Source: a virus
Taxonomy: Duplodnaviria > Caudoviricetes
IMG/VR virus record: IMGVR_UViG_3300049436_000151
Span: 1 to 48,106 of that record
Direction: 5' to 3' (one strand)
DNA length: 48,106 nucleotides
In this document: positions 17,867-27,134 of the stretch, in pieces
How the letters are laid out: every line of letters starts with the position of its first letter
How positions within the stretch are numbered: position 1 is the first letter of the stretch
The notes under the pieces: model-generated
What the model was told of the DNA's origin: nothing
The model's input: only the letters and a program-made list of their open reading frames with translations
Databases searched by the model: none
Program-made: the position numbers and the translations under genes

Positions 17867-19161
17867 CAATCTCCTGGCTCGCCGACAAAATCGAGCAGTG
17901 GCCGACCGCCAAGCTCGTGCCCTATGCACGGAACGCGCGCACGCACTCGGATGCGCAAGTGGCTCAGATCGCTGCTTCGATTGCCGAATTCGGATTCACC
18001 AATCCGATCCTGGCTGGTAGTGACGGCGTCATCGTGGCCGGGCATGGCCGGTTGGCCGCCGCACAGAAACTTGGCATCGCTATGCTGCCGGTCGTGGTGC
18101 TCGACCATCTAACACCGACCCAGCGACGCGCCCTGGTGATCGCGGATAACCGCATCGCCGAGAACGCAGGCTGGGACGACGCCATGCTGCAGGTCGAACT
18201 GGCCGCGCTCCAGGACGACAGCTTCGATCTGTCCTTGACCGGCTTCGATGCCGATGCGCTTGCCGATCTCCTCACCGGCGAAGAGACGACAACCGAGGGG
18301 CAGACCGATGAGGATTCTGTTCCCGAAGCCGGCCCGTCGATAACGCGCCCGGGTGATGTCTGGCTCTGCGGCAACCACCGCGTGATCTGTGGTGACTCGA
18401 CGGACGCCAGCACCTACGAGGCGCTGATGGCCGGCGAGACTGCCGACATGGTGTTCACCGATCCACCCTACAACGTGGACTATGCCAATACCGCCAAGGA
18501 CAAGATGCGGGGAACGGATCGACCGATCCTGAACGACAACCTCGGCGCTGGTTTTCACGACTTCCTGTTGGCGGCACTGACGCCTACGTTGGCCCACTGC
18601 CGTGGCGGCATCTACGTGGCAATGTCCTCCTCCGAACTCGATGTCCTGCAGTCGGCCTTTCGTACTGCTGGAGGCAAGTGGTCGACCTTTATCATCTGGG
18701 CGAAGCACACCTTCACGCTCGGTCATGCGGACTATCAGCGGCAGTTTGAGCCGATCCTGTACGGCTGGCCAGCCGAAGGAACCCGGCACTGGTGCGGTGC
18801 GCGTGACCAGGGTGACGTCTGGAACATCAAGAAGCCGCACAAGAATGATCTGCACCCGACAATGAAGCCGGTCGAGTTGGTCGAACGTGCGGTGCGAAAT
18901 TCCAGTCGACCGGGTGACATCGTGCTGGATTCGTTCGGCGGCTCGGGCACAACCATGATTGCGTCCGAGAAGTCAGACCGCAAGGCCCGGTTGATCGAAC
19001 TGGATCCGAAGTACGTCGATGTGATTGTGCGCCGTTGGCAAGACTTTGCCGGGGCGCAGGCCACCCGCCAGTCGGACGGGGTGGCGTTTGATGCCCTGGT
19101 GTCAGAACCGGGTGGTCTTGAAAACCGTGAAGCCGTTGGGAGTGTGGCGAACGAAACGTAG
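17863..19161 (+). CDS. ParB-like domain + beta-class DNA methyltransferase (DPPY)
   Basis: RNARTHS, VAGHGRL; FTDPPY; HPTMKP; LDSFGGSGTT; IELDPKY. Confidence 0.92.
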   Translation: MTISWLADKIEQWPTAKLVPYARNARTHSDAQVAQIAASIAEFGFTNPILAGSDGVIVAGHGRLAAAQKLGIAMLPVVVLDHLTPTQRRALVIADNRIAENAGWDDAMLQVELAALQDDSFDLSLTGFDADALADLLTGEETTTEGQTDEDSVPEAGPSITRPGDVWLCGNHRVICGDSTDASTYEALMAGETADMVFTDPPYNVDYANTAKDKMRGTDRPILNDNLGAGFHDFLLAALTPTLAHCRGGIYVAMSSSELDVLQSAFRTAGGKWSTFIIWAKHTFTLGHADYQRQFEPILYGWPAEGTRHWCGARDQGDVWNIKKPHKNDLHPTMKPVELVERAVRNSSRPGDIVLDSFGGSGTTMIASEKSDRKARLIELDPKYVDVIVRRWQDFAGAQATRQSDGVAFDALVSEPGGLENREAVGSVANET

Positions 19162-19275
19162 CCACTTGCCGTTCCCGGTTCGCTCGGCAGTGACCCAACG
19201 GTCGTCGGTGCCGGAGATGCGGATTTCCTGGCCGGGTTCGAGGCCGTTGATGCGTTGGTCTAGGGTGGTGGTCAT
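19102..19275 (-). CDS. Small hypothetical protein (57 aa)
   Basis: ATG 19275 after AAGGAG; overlaps the 3' end of the second MTase on the opposite strand. Confidence 0.6.
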   Translation of the reverse strand: MTTTLDQRINGLEPGQEIRISGTDDRWVTAERTGNGKWLRFVRHTPNGFTVFKTTRF

Positions 19276-19286
19276 TGCGCTCTCCT

Positions 19287-19490
19287 TTATGCCATCTCGT
19301 AGCCGGCGCGCTCGAGTCGCGATGCATCGGCCGGGGTCACCACCCAAAACTCGCCGCGCTCGCCGTCGTGGTTACCCAGGACGATGCGCATCGGGTAGGT
19401 GGCGCGGTTCGCAAAACTCGAGGCGTTGGCCAGGGTGTTGAACCGGAACATCGTGCTTTTGATCAGGGTCTTGAGGGTGCTGGTGGTCAT
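19287..19490 (-). CDS. Small hypothetical protein (67 aa), cassette 1
   Basis: AGGAG SD; starts 40 nt downstream of repeat copy 1. Confidence 0.7.
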   Translation of the reverse strand: MTTSTLKTLIKSTMFRFNTLANASSFANRATYPMRIVLGNHDGERGEFWVVTPADASRLERAGYEMA

Positions 19491-19603
19491 TTGTGTCTCC
19501 TGCGGGTTGATCGTTGCGACACCCGTAGTAACGCGCTGTTTGATTGCGAAGCCAAGCGGAAGATTGAACTATTTTCGATCATTTTGCTCGGCTTGATTGC
19601 GTT

Positions 19604-19798
19604 CTATCGGCGACCCGTCACGGCGGCCAGTTTGCTGCGCGCCGAGTCGGTCTGCCACCGGCACGGACCTTTGCCGCTCTTGGCTTCTGCGTCCCACCGC
19701 GCGGCGATCTCTGTATCCGTCCAGCCCTTGGCGGCGAGGTAGGCGTAATCGTCGGTGTCGTAATTGGCGTGCTGCTGGATGGCGTCGTTGGTTTGCAT
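19604..19798 (-). CDS. Small hypothetical protein (64 aa), cassette 2
   Basis: GGAG SD; starts 40 nt downstream of repeat copy 2. Confidence 0.7.
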   Translation of the reverse strand: MQTNDAIQQHANYDTDDYAYLAAKGWTDTEIAARWDAEAKSGKGPCRWQTDSARSKLAAVTGRR

Positions 19799-19868
19799 GA
19801 TGATCTCCGTCGGGTTGATTGATGCGATGTGCGTATGAACGCGCTGTTCAATCAGAAAGCCAAGCTCT

Positions 19869-20099
19869 TTAGTTCATTGCGGCGCGACGTACTTCGGTGA
19901 GTTTGGCGATGACGTCCTCGGTGAAGTTGAAGCCATCGAGACGACTCAGTCCCTCGCGCTCAAGGATGCGCCAGCGGGCCCCATCGCTTTCCGCCCGGCG
20001 CAACTCGTCGCCAACTTGGTTGAGGTAGAGGTTTTCTTCCTCGGTGAGTTGCCGTGGCTGGAGCTTGAGGTTTTCCAGAATGGTGATGAGTTTCAACAT
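19869..20099 (-). CDS. Small hypothetical protein (76 aa), second gene of cassette 3
   Basis: AGGAG SD immediately after the DUF3489 stop. Confidence 0.65.
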   Translation of the reverse strand: MLKLITILENLKLQPRQLTEEENLYLNQVGDELRRAESDGARWRILEREGLSRLDGFNFTEDVIAKLTEVRRAAMN

Positions 20100-20113
20100 G
20101 GCGCCGCTCCTGT

Positions 20114-20668
20114 TCAGGCAATCCGATAAACGCGGTCGTTGCCCTCAACCTTTTCCGATGCCAGGTTGAGACCCAGTTTCTTTTTGAATGCGCCGGCAAA
20201 GGTGCCGCGCACCGTGTGCGCCTGCCAGCCGGTGGCGTCCATGATCTGCTGGATCGTCGCACCCTCGGGGCGTTGCAACATTTGGATCACGGTGGCCTGC
20301 TTGCTGTTGTCGCGGGTGCGGGGTTTGCCCTCGACGCCGGCCTTGATCAGTTGCTTGGCCGCCTCCTGTTTTTCTTGCGCCCAGTTGGCCTCTGCCGCCG
20401 ACACGGCGGCCTCTACCTCGGGGTCGGGATGAGTGCTGGTCGGCGTGGGTCGTGCGCGCCCAAGGGCGTCGTAGCCCTCGGCGGCGACGAACCAGTCTTG
20501 GCCACCGTTGCTGGTGATGAGGGCCTTGTTAAACAGTCCGGCAATGACTTTCTGACGGGCACCACCTTTAACCCCGTCGGGAAACCAGGTGACGCGTCCA
20601 TCCGGTTGGTTGGCAGCGTTCTCGAGGACTTGGCGCTGGGTGTCAGTGAGTTTTATTTCGTTGGTCAT
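20114..20668 (-). CDS. DUF3489 family protein, cassette 3
   Basis: KLTDTQ N-terminus; SKQATVIQMLQRPEGATI..IM.ATGWQAHTVRG...RVYRI; AAGGAG SD before ATG 20668. Confidence 0.88.
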   Translation of the reverse strand: MTNEIKLTDTQRQVLENAANQPDGRVTWFPDGVKGGARQKVIAGLFNKALITSNGGQDWFVAAEGYDALGRARPTPTSTHPDPEVEAAVSAAEANWAQEKQEAAKQLIKAGVEGKPRTRDNSKQATVIQMLQRPEGATIQQIMDATGWQAHTVRGTFAGAFKKKLGLNLASEKVEGNDRVYRIA

Positions 20669-20755
20669 GATTTGCTCCTTGGTGGTTGATGGTGATGGCA
20701 TGAACGCGCTGTTCAAAGTGGAAGCCAAGCGTTTCTCGGCGGCTTCCGAATCTAT

Positions 20756-20965
20756 TTAGTTGGTGTTGGCAATTTCCTGCTCAGTAGCCTTTGGTAGCGA
20801 CGCGCCCAACTCGGCACCGGCCTTGAACGCCGCTTCGAGGGCATCGCGCAAACACCAGACCGCGACTTCGTGAAAATCGAGGCGGTCGGACTTGCGGGTT
20901 TCCAGTGAGTCGATGTCCAGATGCTTCTGGGCGATGAGGGTCAGGAGGGTGTCGATCTGGCTCAT
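20756..20965 (-). CDS. DUF6900-like small protein, cassette 4
   Basis: IAQKHL.IDSLETRKSDRLDFHEVAVW...ALEAAF.AG pattern. Confidence 0.75.
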   Translation of the reverse strand: MSQIDTLLTLIAQKHLDIDSLETRKSDRLDFHEVAVWCLRDALEAAFKAGAELGASLPKATEQEIANTN

Positions 20966-21080
20966 GGTGATGTCCTTGTGACGTCGTTGATGGTGATTGC
21001 ATGAACGCGCTGTTCAGGAGGAAAGCCAAGCGGGGAATCGCATCTGTTGGAGAACATCTGCGCCCGGCTTGATGTAAATC

Positions 21081-21632
21081 ATGGGTCTGTCGATTCGCGC
21101 CTACGCCAGGCATCGCGGCGTCTCTCACGTTGCCGTCAAGAAGGCCATCGACACGGGTCGAATTACTCAGGGGGCGGATGGCACGATTGATCCTGAGCAA
21201 GCCGATCGGCAGTGGGAACAGAACACTGCGTCACCGCGCAAGCCATCGCCTGCGCCAAAAGTCGCGGCCGTACCGAAAGCACAGCGTGCCGTCGCTCAGG
21301 AACCGGCGGCCGAATCACCTTCGCCGACACTCTCTACTGGCGGCACCTCGCTTCTGCAGGCGCGCACGGTCAACGAGGTCGTCAAGGCACAGACCAACAA
21401 GGTGCGCTTGGCGCGGCTCAAGGGTGATCTGGTCGATCGTTCGCAAGCCATCGCCCATGTATTTCGACTGGCACGGACGGAACGCGATGCATGGCTCAAC
21501 TGGCCAGCACGGATTTCGGCACAGATGGCCGCCAAGCTCGAAGTCGATGCCCATGCTTTGCATGTCGCGATTGAGGCAGCCGTGCGTGAGCATTTGATGG
21601 AGTTGGGCGAACTGCGCGCCCGGGTAGATTGA
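21081..21632 (+). CDS. terS: Terminase small subunit (Nu1-like)
   Basis: N-terminal HTH SIRAYARHRGVSHVAVKKAI; coiled region ...KGDLVDR; overlaps the terL start. Confidence 0.8.
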   Translation: MGLSIRAYARHRGVSHVAVKKAIDTGRITQGADGTIDPEQADRQWEQNTASPRKPSPAPKVAAVPKAQRAVAQEPAAESPSPTLSTGGTSLLQARTVNEVVKAQTNKVRLARLKGDLVDRSQAIAHVFRLARTERDAWLNWPARISAQMAAKLEVDAHALHVAIEAAVREHLMELGELRARVD

Positions 21633-23599
21633 TGGACACGGACTACGACGGCGAACTCGATATCGAGCGTGCCTGGCGCGAAGGGCTGATTCCGGATCCA
21701 CTGCTCTCGGTCTCAGAATGGTCGGATCGGCATCGGATGCTGTCCTCCAAGGCGTCCAGTGAGCCGGGGCGCTGGCGCACCAGCCGCACGCCGTACCTGA
21801 AAGCCATCATGGATTGCCTGTCGCCGACTTCGCCGGTCGAGCGGGTGGTGTTCATGAAGGCGGCCCAACTCGGCGCGACCGAGATGGGTAGCAACTGGAT
21901 CGGCTACGTGATCCATCACGCGCCCGGCCCAATGATGGCGGTGTGGCCAACGGTGGAGATGGCCAAGCGCAACTCCAAGCAGCGGATCGATCCGTTGATC
22001 GAGGAGTCGGCCATCCTCAAGGAACTGATTGCGCCGGCACGCAGCCGCGACTCAGGCAATACGATTCTGGCTAAAGAGTTTCGCGGCGGTGTCCTGGTGA
22101 TGACCGGGGCCAACAGCGCCGTGGGTCTGCGCTCGATGCCGGTGCGGTATCTCTTCCTCGACGAGGTCGATGGTTATCCGATCGATGTTGATGGTGAGGG
22201 AAGCGCGGTGGCCTTGGCCGAGGCCCGCACCCGCACGTTTGCGCGCCGAAAGATCTTCATCGTATCGACGCCGACGATTGCTGGCGTCAGCACCATCGAG
22301 CGCGAATACGAAGCCAGTGACCAGCGCCGCTACTTCGTGCCGTGTCCGCATTGTGGGCATCGGCAGTGGTTGCGCTTCGAGCAATTGCGCTGGGAGCGTG
22401 ACGAAAACGGTAATCGGCCCGACACGGCCGCCTACGTCTGCGAGTCCTGCGAGGTACCGATTCCTGAGCATCACAAGACGTGGATGCTGGAACACGGCGA
22501 ATGGCGAGCAATGGCTGACGTACCGAGCAAGACCGCCGGCTTCCATTTGTCGAGCCTGTACAGCCCGATTGGTTGGCGTAACTGGCGGGAAATCGCCGCC
22601 GCATGGGAGAGTGCCATTAGCAAGGAAGCCGGCTCGACCGCCGCCATCAAGACTTTCAAGAACACTGAACTCGGTGAAACGTGGGTCGAGGAAGGCGAAG
22701 CACCCGACTGGCAGCGCCTGCTGGAACGCCGCGAAGACTACCGGATGGGTGCCATTCAGGAAGGTGGATTGCTCCTGACGGGTGGCGGCGACGTGCAGAA
22801 AGATCGTATCGAAGTCTCCATCTGGGCGTTCGGGCGTGGCAAGGCTTCGTGGCTTGTCGAGCACCGGGTGCTGATGGGCGACACCGCGCGACCCGAGGTC
22901 TGGAATCAGTTGGCTCGCCTGCTTGATGAAACCTGGACGCATACCTCCGGGGCATCGGTACCGCTGGTGCGCTTCGCGCTGGATACCGGCTTTGCCACGC
23001 AGGAAGCCTATGCCTTCGTGCGCGCGGTGCGCGATTCCCGCGTGATGGCGGTCAAGGGTGTGGCGCGTGGGGCGGCACTGGTCGGCACCCCGACGGCAGT
23101 GGATGCGACCACCGGCGGCAAGAAACTGCGCCGGGGCATCAAGGTGTTCTCGGTCGCGGGTGGCATTGCCAAACTGGAGTTCTACAACAACCTGCGCAAG
23201 TCAGCCGATGTGGCGGACGATGGTGTGAACACGGTCTATCCAGCCGGTTTCGTGCATCTGCCCAAAGTCGACGCCGAGTTCATCCAGCAACTCTGTGCCG
23301 AGCAACTGGTGACCCGGCGAGACCGTAACGGCTTCGCGATTCGCGAGTGGCAGAAGATGCGCGAGCGTAACGAGGCACTGGACTGCTACGTCTATGCCCG
23401 CGCGGCAGCCGCCGCATCCGGCCTTGATCGCTTCGAGGAACGCCACTGGCGAGAACTGGAAAAGCAACTCGGACTGGCACCACCGCCCGACCCGATTAAC
23501 CACGAAGCCGAACCCGAGGCCACCCAGCGAGGTGGCCTCGCTGTTTCTGACAACCGGAGGCCAACTCGTCGCCTGGTGCGTAGCCGCTGGCTTACGTAA
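21629..23599 (+). CDS. terL: Terminase large subunit, lambda GpA family
   Basis: RTPYL, MKAAQLGAT, LFLDEVD, STPT, CPHC/CESC, DVQKDR, RNEALDCYVYA. Confidence 0.95.
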   Translation: MMDTDYDGELDIERAWREGLIPDPLLSVSEWSDRHRMLSSKASSEPGRWRTSRTPYLKAIMDCLSPTSPVERVVFMKAAQLGATEMGSNWIGYVIHHAPGPMMAVWPTVEMAKRNSKQRIDPLIEESAILKELIAPARSRDSGNTILAKEFRGGVLVMTGANSAVGLRSMPVRYLFLDEVDGYPIDVDGEGSAVALAEARTRTFARRKIFIVSTPTIAGVSTIEREYEASDQRRYFVPCPHCGHRQWLRFEQLRWERDENGNRPDTAAYVCESCEVPIPEHHKTWMLEHGEWRAMADVPSKTAGFHLSSLYSPIGWRNWREIAAAWESAISKEAGSTAAIKTFKNTELGETWVEEGEAPDWQRLLERREDYRMGAIQEGGLLLTGGGDVQKDRIEVSIWAFGRGKASWLVEHRVLMGDTARPEVWNQLARLLDETWTHTSGASVPLVRFALDTGFATQEAYAFVRAVRDSRVMAVKGVARGAALVGTPTAVDATTGGKKLRRGIKVFSVAGGIAKLEFYNNLRKSADVADDGVNTVYPAGFVHLPKVDAEFIQQLCAEQLVTRRDRNGFAIREWQKMRERNEALDCYVYARAAAAASGLDRFEERHWRELEKQLGLAPPPDPINHEAEPEATQRGGLAVSDNRRPTRRLVRSRWLT

Positions 23600-23624
23600 C
23601 CAACTCGCCACTTAGCGGAGCGCC

Positions 23625-23990
23625 ATGTCGCTGCAAGCCCAGATCCTCAGCTTCGTCGAACGCGTTGCCGAAAAGTTTGCTGGCGTCGATGCACGGATCG
23701 GCGGCATCGACCAGTTGGACACACTGGACAAGTCGAATCTGGTCACCGCAATCAACGAACTGGCCGCCCGAGGAAATGGCGGGAGCACCAGTGGCGGCGT
23801 GGCCTATACGCACTTGCAGTCCCTGGCCAACACGGTCTGGACGATCAATCACAACCTTGGCATGCGGCCCGCCGTGACGATTCTCGACACCGGCGGCAAC
23901 GAGGTCGAGGCCGATGTCATGCACACAAGCTTCAACCAACTCGTCATTCGCTTTGCCGTCCCGATCGCCGGGATCGCTCGTCTTACCTGA
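23625..23990 (+). CDS. Putative virion fibre/decoration protein 1
   Basis: RIG..L.T.DKSNLVTAINEL N-terminal motif; WTINHNLG beta-rich domain. Confidence 0.6.
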   Translation: MSLQAQILSFVERVAEKFAGVDARIGGIDQLDTLDKSNLVTAINELAARGNGGSTSGGVAYTHLQSLANTVWTINHNLGMRPAVTILDTGGNEVEADVMHTSFNQLVIRFAVPIAGIARLT

Positions 23991-24011
23991 TCACCTGAAA
24001 GGAAAACCTCC

Positions 24012-24803
24012 ATGTCTCGCAAGCAACTCTCTGATCTCGATTTTGGCGGCGTCGCCCGCATCCGCAATCTGCCGGCCCCGGTCAATCCGGACGAACCGGT
24101 ACGCCAGCAGGATCTCAACTCGGCGGTTGAGGGCTTGGCGTGGAAGGACTCGTGCCGGGTGGCGAGTCAGGCCAACGTGAACCTCTCGTCGCCGGGCGCA
24201 TCGATCGACGGCATCACTCTCACGGTCGGCGACCGCATCCTGGTCAAGGCCCAGACCGTTGGATCGGAAAACGGTCTCTACATCTGGAACGGCGCGGCAG
24301 TGGCCATGACGCGCAGTCTCGATGCCTCGACCAGTAACGAACTGGAACAAGCGGTCACCACGGTCGAGGAAGGCACGTCGGCGGGTACGAGCTGGCGGCA
24401 GTCGGTCGTCAATTTCGTGCTCGACACCGGGTCGGTGACCTGGTTGCAGTTCGGTGCTGCGATCGGCGCCGCCTCCGAAACCAGTTCCGGCATCGCTGAA
24501 ATTGCGACGCAGGCCGAAACCGATGGTGGCACCGACGATCTGCGTTTCGTCACGCCCCTGAAGCTCAATACCTGGGCCAACAAAACTCGTCGCGCACAGG
24601 CAACCATTGGCGACGGCAGCGCCACGCAGTTCGACGTTAATCACAACTTCGCCACGCGCGATGTCCTCGTGCAGGTTTATCAGGCCTCCGGCAACTACGA
24701 GCAGGTGAACTGCGACGTGAGTTTGCCCACGACCAATTCGGCACGACTCAACTTCGCCGCCGCGCCGGCCAGCAATGCCTACCGTGTCGTGGTGATGGGG
24801 TAA
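24012..24803 (+). CDS. Putative virion fibre protein 2
   Basis: WKDSCRVA...IDG..L.VGDRILVKAQ...ENGLY domain; fibre repeat GIAEIATQAE...VTPLKL; C-terminal VNHNF domain. Confidence 0.65.
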   Translation: MSRKQLSDLDFGGVARIRNLPAPVNPDEPVRQQDLNSAVEGLAWKDSCRVASQANVNLSSPGASIDGITLTVGDRILVKAQTVGSENGLYIWNGAAVAMTRSLDASTSNELEQAVTTVEEGTSAGTSWRQSVVNFVLDTGSVTWLQFGAAIGAASETSSGIAEIATQAETDGGTDDLRFVTPLKLNTWANKTRRAQATIGDGSATQFDVNHNFATRDVLVQVYQASGNYEQVNCDVSLPTTNSARLNFAAAPASNAYRVVVMG

Positions 24804-24806
24804 TCG

Positions 24807-25403
24807 GTGAAGGACTTGGCCTACCGGGCAGCCCCGGTCGTCTCGGTGCTTCCTGCCGCCTCAGCCGCACTGGCCGGCGTCATTGCGCGGCTGTCCGCCG
24901 ACAACAAGCCGTACTGGTGCGATGGCACGGCGTGGGTCGACATGACCCTGCTCGGTAGCGCCGATACGCGCTTGACGACTGCCCGCCTTGCGGCCGATGT
25001 CACCAACAACACGACGACCCTGGCCAACGTCACCGGACTTGCGATCGCGCTGGCAGCCAACAGCACCTACGCGATCGATGCTCAGGTGATGTTCCAGACA
25101 GCAGCGACCACCACCGGTATTCGACTCACCCAGACGGTGCCTACGGGTGCCACCGTGGTGGCGCAGTGGAGTACGCCGACATCACTCACGGCATCCACGC
25201 TGGCAAACCAGCGGGCGGCTGATGTCGGAGCAGCCACCACGGCCATCGATACGGCGAATGCCAACACGCTGGCCAGAGGCTCGATTCTGGTGGTGACCGG
25301 GGCTACGGCGGGAAATCTGCAAATCCGCTTCGCCTCCGAGGTCGCCGCCTCCAATGCCGTGGTCAAGGCCGGCAGCAATCTCGTGGCCACCAAGGTCGCC
25401 TAG
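24807..25403 (+). CDS. Putative fibre tip protein 3 (Ala/Thr-rich beta domain)
   Basis: GTG start; YWCDGTAW; LAADVTNNTTTLANVTGL...GNLQIRFASE. Confidence 0.55.
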   Translation: MKDLAYRAAPVVSVLPAASAALAGVIARLSADNKPYWCDGTAWVDMTLLGSADTRLTTARLAADVTNNTTTLANVTGLAIALAANSTYAIDAQVMFQTAATTTGIRLTQTVPTGATVVAQWSTPTSLTASTLANQRAADVGAATTAIDTANANTLARGSILVVTGATAGNLQIRFASEVAASNAVVKAGSNLVATKVA

Positions 25404-25409
25404 AAAATC

Positions 25410-25631
25410 ATGGCCTATACGGAAGAACAACTCAGCGCCCTCGAGGCCGCGCTGGCCAAGGGCGAGAAGCGTGTCACCTTCGGAGACAAAACGGTCGAGT
25501 ACCGCTCCGTCGAGGAATTGCGCCAAGCCATCTTCGAAGTCGAACGCGGCCTCTACGAGCAGGCCGCTGATACCGGCCTGTGGCCCCGCGCACCCCGGCA
25601 GATCCGGGTCACAACGTCGAAGGGCACGTGA
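25410..25631 (+). CDS. Head-tail joining protein, gpW-like
   Basis: YTEEQL.ALE.A...G..RVTF.DKTVEYRS..EL; lies just before the portal. Confidence 0.85.
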   Translation: MAYTEEQLSALEAALAKGEKRVTFGDKTVEYRSVEELRQAIFEVERGLYEQAADTGLWPRAPRQIRVTTSKGT

Positions 25632-27133
25632 TGCGCTTGTTCAAAACCTTTCGCAGCATGAGTCGGAAACTCTTCGGTGGTTCGCCCACCTATGATGGAG
25701 TCGGCGGTGGGCGTCGGGCACTGGCCTGGTCAGTCGGCAATCCGGGTGCAGTCGCGGCGCTGCTCTTCACCCAGCACGAGTTGCGCGCCAAGAGCCGTGA
25801 TCTGGTGCGTCGCAATGCCTGGGCCAATTCGGCGCTCGAATCCTACGTGGCCAACGCCATCGGTACCGGCATCAAGCCGCAATCGATGGTGCAGGACGCG
25901 ACGGTACGCGAAGCCATCCAGGCACTGTGGCGCGATTGGACCGTCGACGCCGATGCCGCAGGTCTCACCGACTTTTACGGACTGCAGGCGCTGGCCTGTC
26001 GGGCAATGCTCGAAGGCGGCGAAGCGCTGGTACGGCTGCGCTATCGCCGTCCTGAAGATGGACTGCCTGTGGCACTGCAACTTCAGGTACTGGAAGCCGA
26101 GCATCTGCCGGTGACACTCAACACCACGGCAGAAAATGGAAACCTGATCCGTGCCGGCATCGAGTTCGACCGGCTTGGACGGCGCGTGGCTTATCACCTC
26201 TACCGATCGCACCCCGAGGACGGCATGCTGGCTCCGATGTCTGGGGACGGTGGGCTCACGACAGTGCGTGTCGATGCTGCCGAGATCATTCACCTTTTCC
26301 GGGCACTGCGCCCAGGTCAGATTCGTGGCGAACCGTGGCTGGCGCGTGCGCTCGTAAAACTGAACGAACTCGACCAGTACGACGACGCCGAACTGGTGCG
26401 CAAGAAAACCGCCGCGATGTTCGCCGGTTTTGTGACGCGCCTCGCTCCCGAGGACAACCTGCTCGGCGAAGGTCTATCGGACCCCAACGGCGTGGCGCTC
26501 GCAGGTCTCGAGCCCGGCACCATGCAGATTCTGGAACCGGGTGAAGACATCAAGTTCTCGCAGCCAGCGGATGTCGGCGGTTCCTACTCGGAATTCCTGC
26601 GCATGCAGTTTCGCGCTGTGGCGGCGGCGATGGGCGTCACCTACGAGCAACTGACCGGGGATCTCACCCAGGTCAATTACTCGTCGATCCGGGCCGGTCT
26701 GCTGGAGTTTCGCCGCCGTGTCGAAGCCTTACAGCATGGCGTGATCGTCCATCAGTTGTGCCGTCCGATATGGCAAGCCTGGATGGCACAAGCCGTTCTC
26801 GAAGGCGCACTCACGCTGACGGGCTATGCCCGGGGCGGGATTGCCAAGCGTCGTGAGTACCAGGCCGTCAAATGGATTCCCCAAGGCTGGCAGTGGGTGG
26901 ATCCGCTGAAGGAGGCCGATGCCATGAAAGCGGCGATTCGCTCGGGCCTCATGTCCCGCTCGGAAGCCATCTCGGCCAACGGCTACGACGCCGAGGACGT
27001 GGATCGGGAAATCGCTGCTGACAACGCCCGGGCGGATGCCTTCGGCCTGGTCTTTGATTCCGACCCGCGTCACGAATTGCCGACGCCAGCACCAGTAGTC
27101 CAGCCACCCGATTTTCAACCGCAAGGAAACTGA
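25631..27133 (+). CDS. Portal protein, lambda family
   Basis: LRAKSRDLVRRN, RPGQIRGEPW, VNYSSIRAGLLEF, WVDPLKE. Confidence 0.93.
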   Translation: MRLFKTFRSMSRKLFGGSPTYDGVGGGRRALAWSVGNPGAVAALLFTQHELRAKSRDLVRRNAWANSALESYVANAIGTGIKPQSMVQDATVREAIQALWRDWTVDADAAGLTDFYGLQALACRAMLEGGEALVRLRYRRPEDGLPVALQLQVLEAEHLPVTLNTTAENGNLIRAGIEFDRLGRRVAYHLYRSHPEDGMLAPMSGDGGLTTVRVDAAEIIHLFRALRPGQIRGEPWLARALVKLNELDQYDDAELVRKKTAAMFAGFVTRLAPEDNLLGEGLSDPNGVALAGLEPGTMQILEPGEDIKFSQPADVGGSYSEFLRMQFRAVAAAMGVTYEQLTGDLTQVNYSSIRAGLLEFRRRVEALQHGVIVHQLCRPIWQAWMAQAVLEGALTLTGYARGGIAKRREYQAVKWIPQGWQWVDPLKEADAMKAAIRSGLMSRSEAISANGYDAEDVDREIAADNARADAFGLVFDSDPRHELPTPAPVVQPPDFQPQGN

Positions 27134-27134
27134 A

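Larger units (their letters stand above)
19530..21031 (-). repeat. Four dispersed copies of a promoter/operator-like repeat AACGCGCTGTT-N8-AAGCCAAGC
   Basis: Copies at 19530-19557, 19838-19865, 20703-20730 and 21004-21031; each lies 35-40 nt upstream of a minus-strand start codon. Confidence 0.9.

Noticed and set aside
19530-21031. CRISPR or integron attC reading of the four repeats
   Set aside because: Spacing is irregular (308, 865 and 301 nt) with whole ORFs between copies; there is no cas operon or integron integrase, and the repeats lack attC structure
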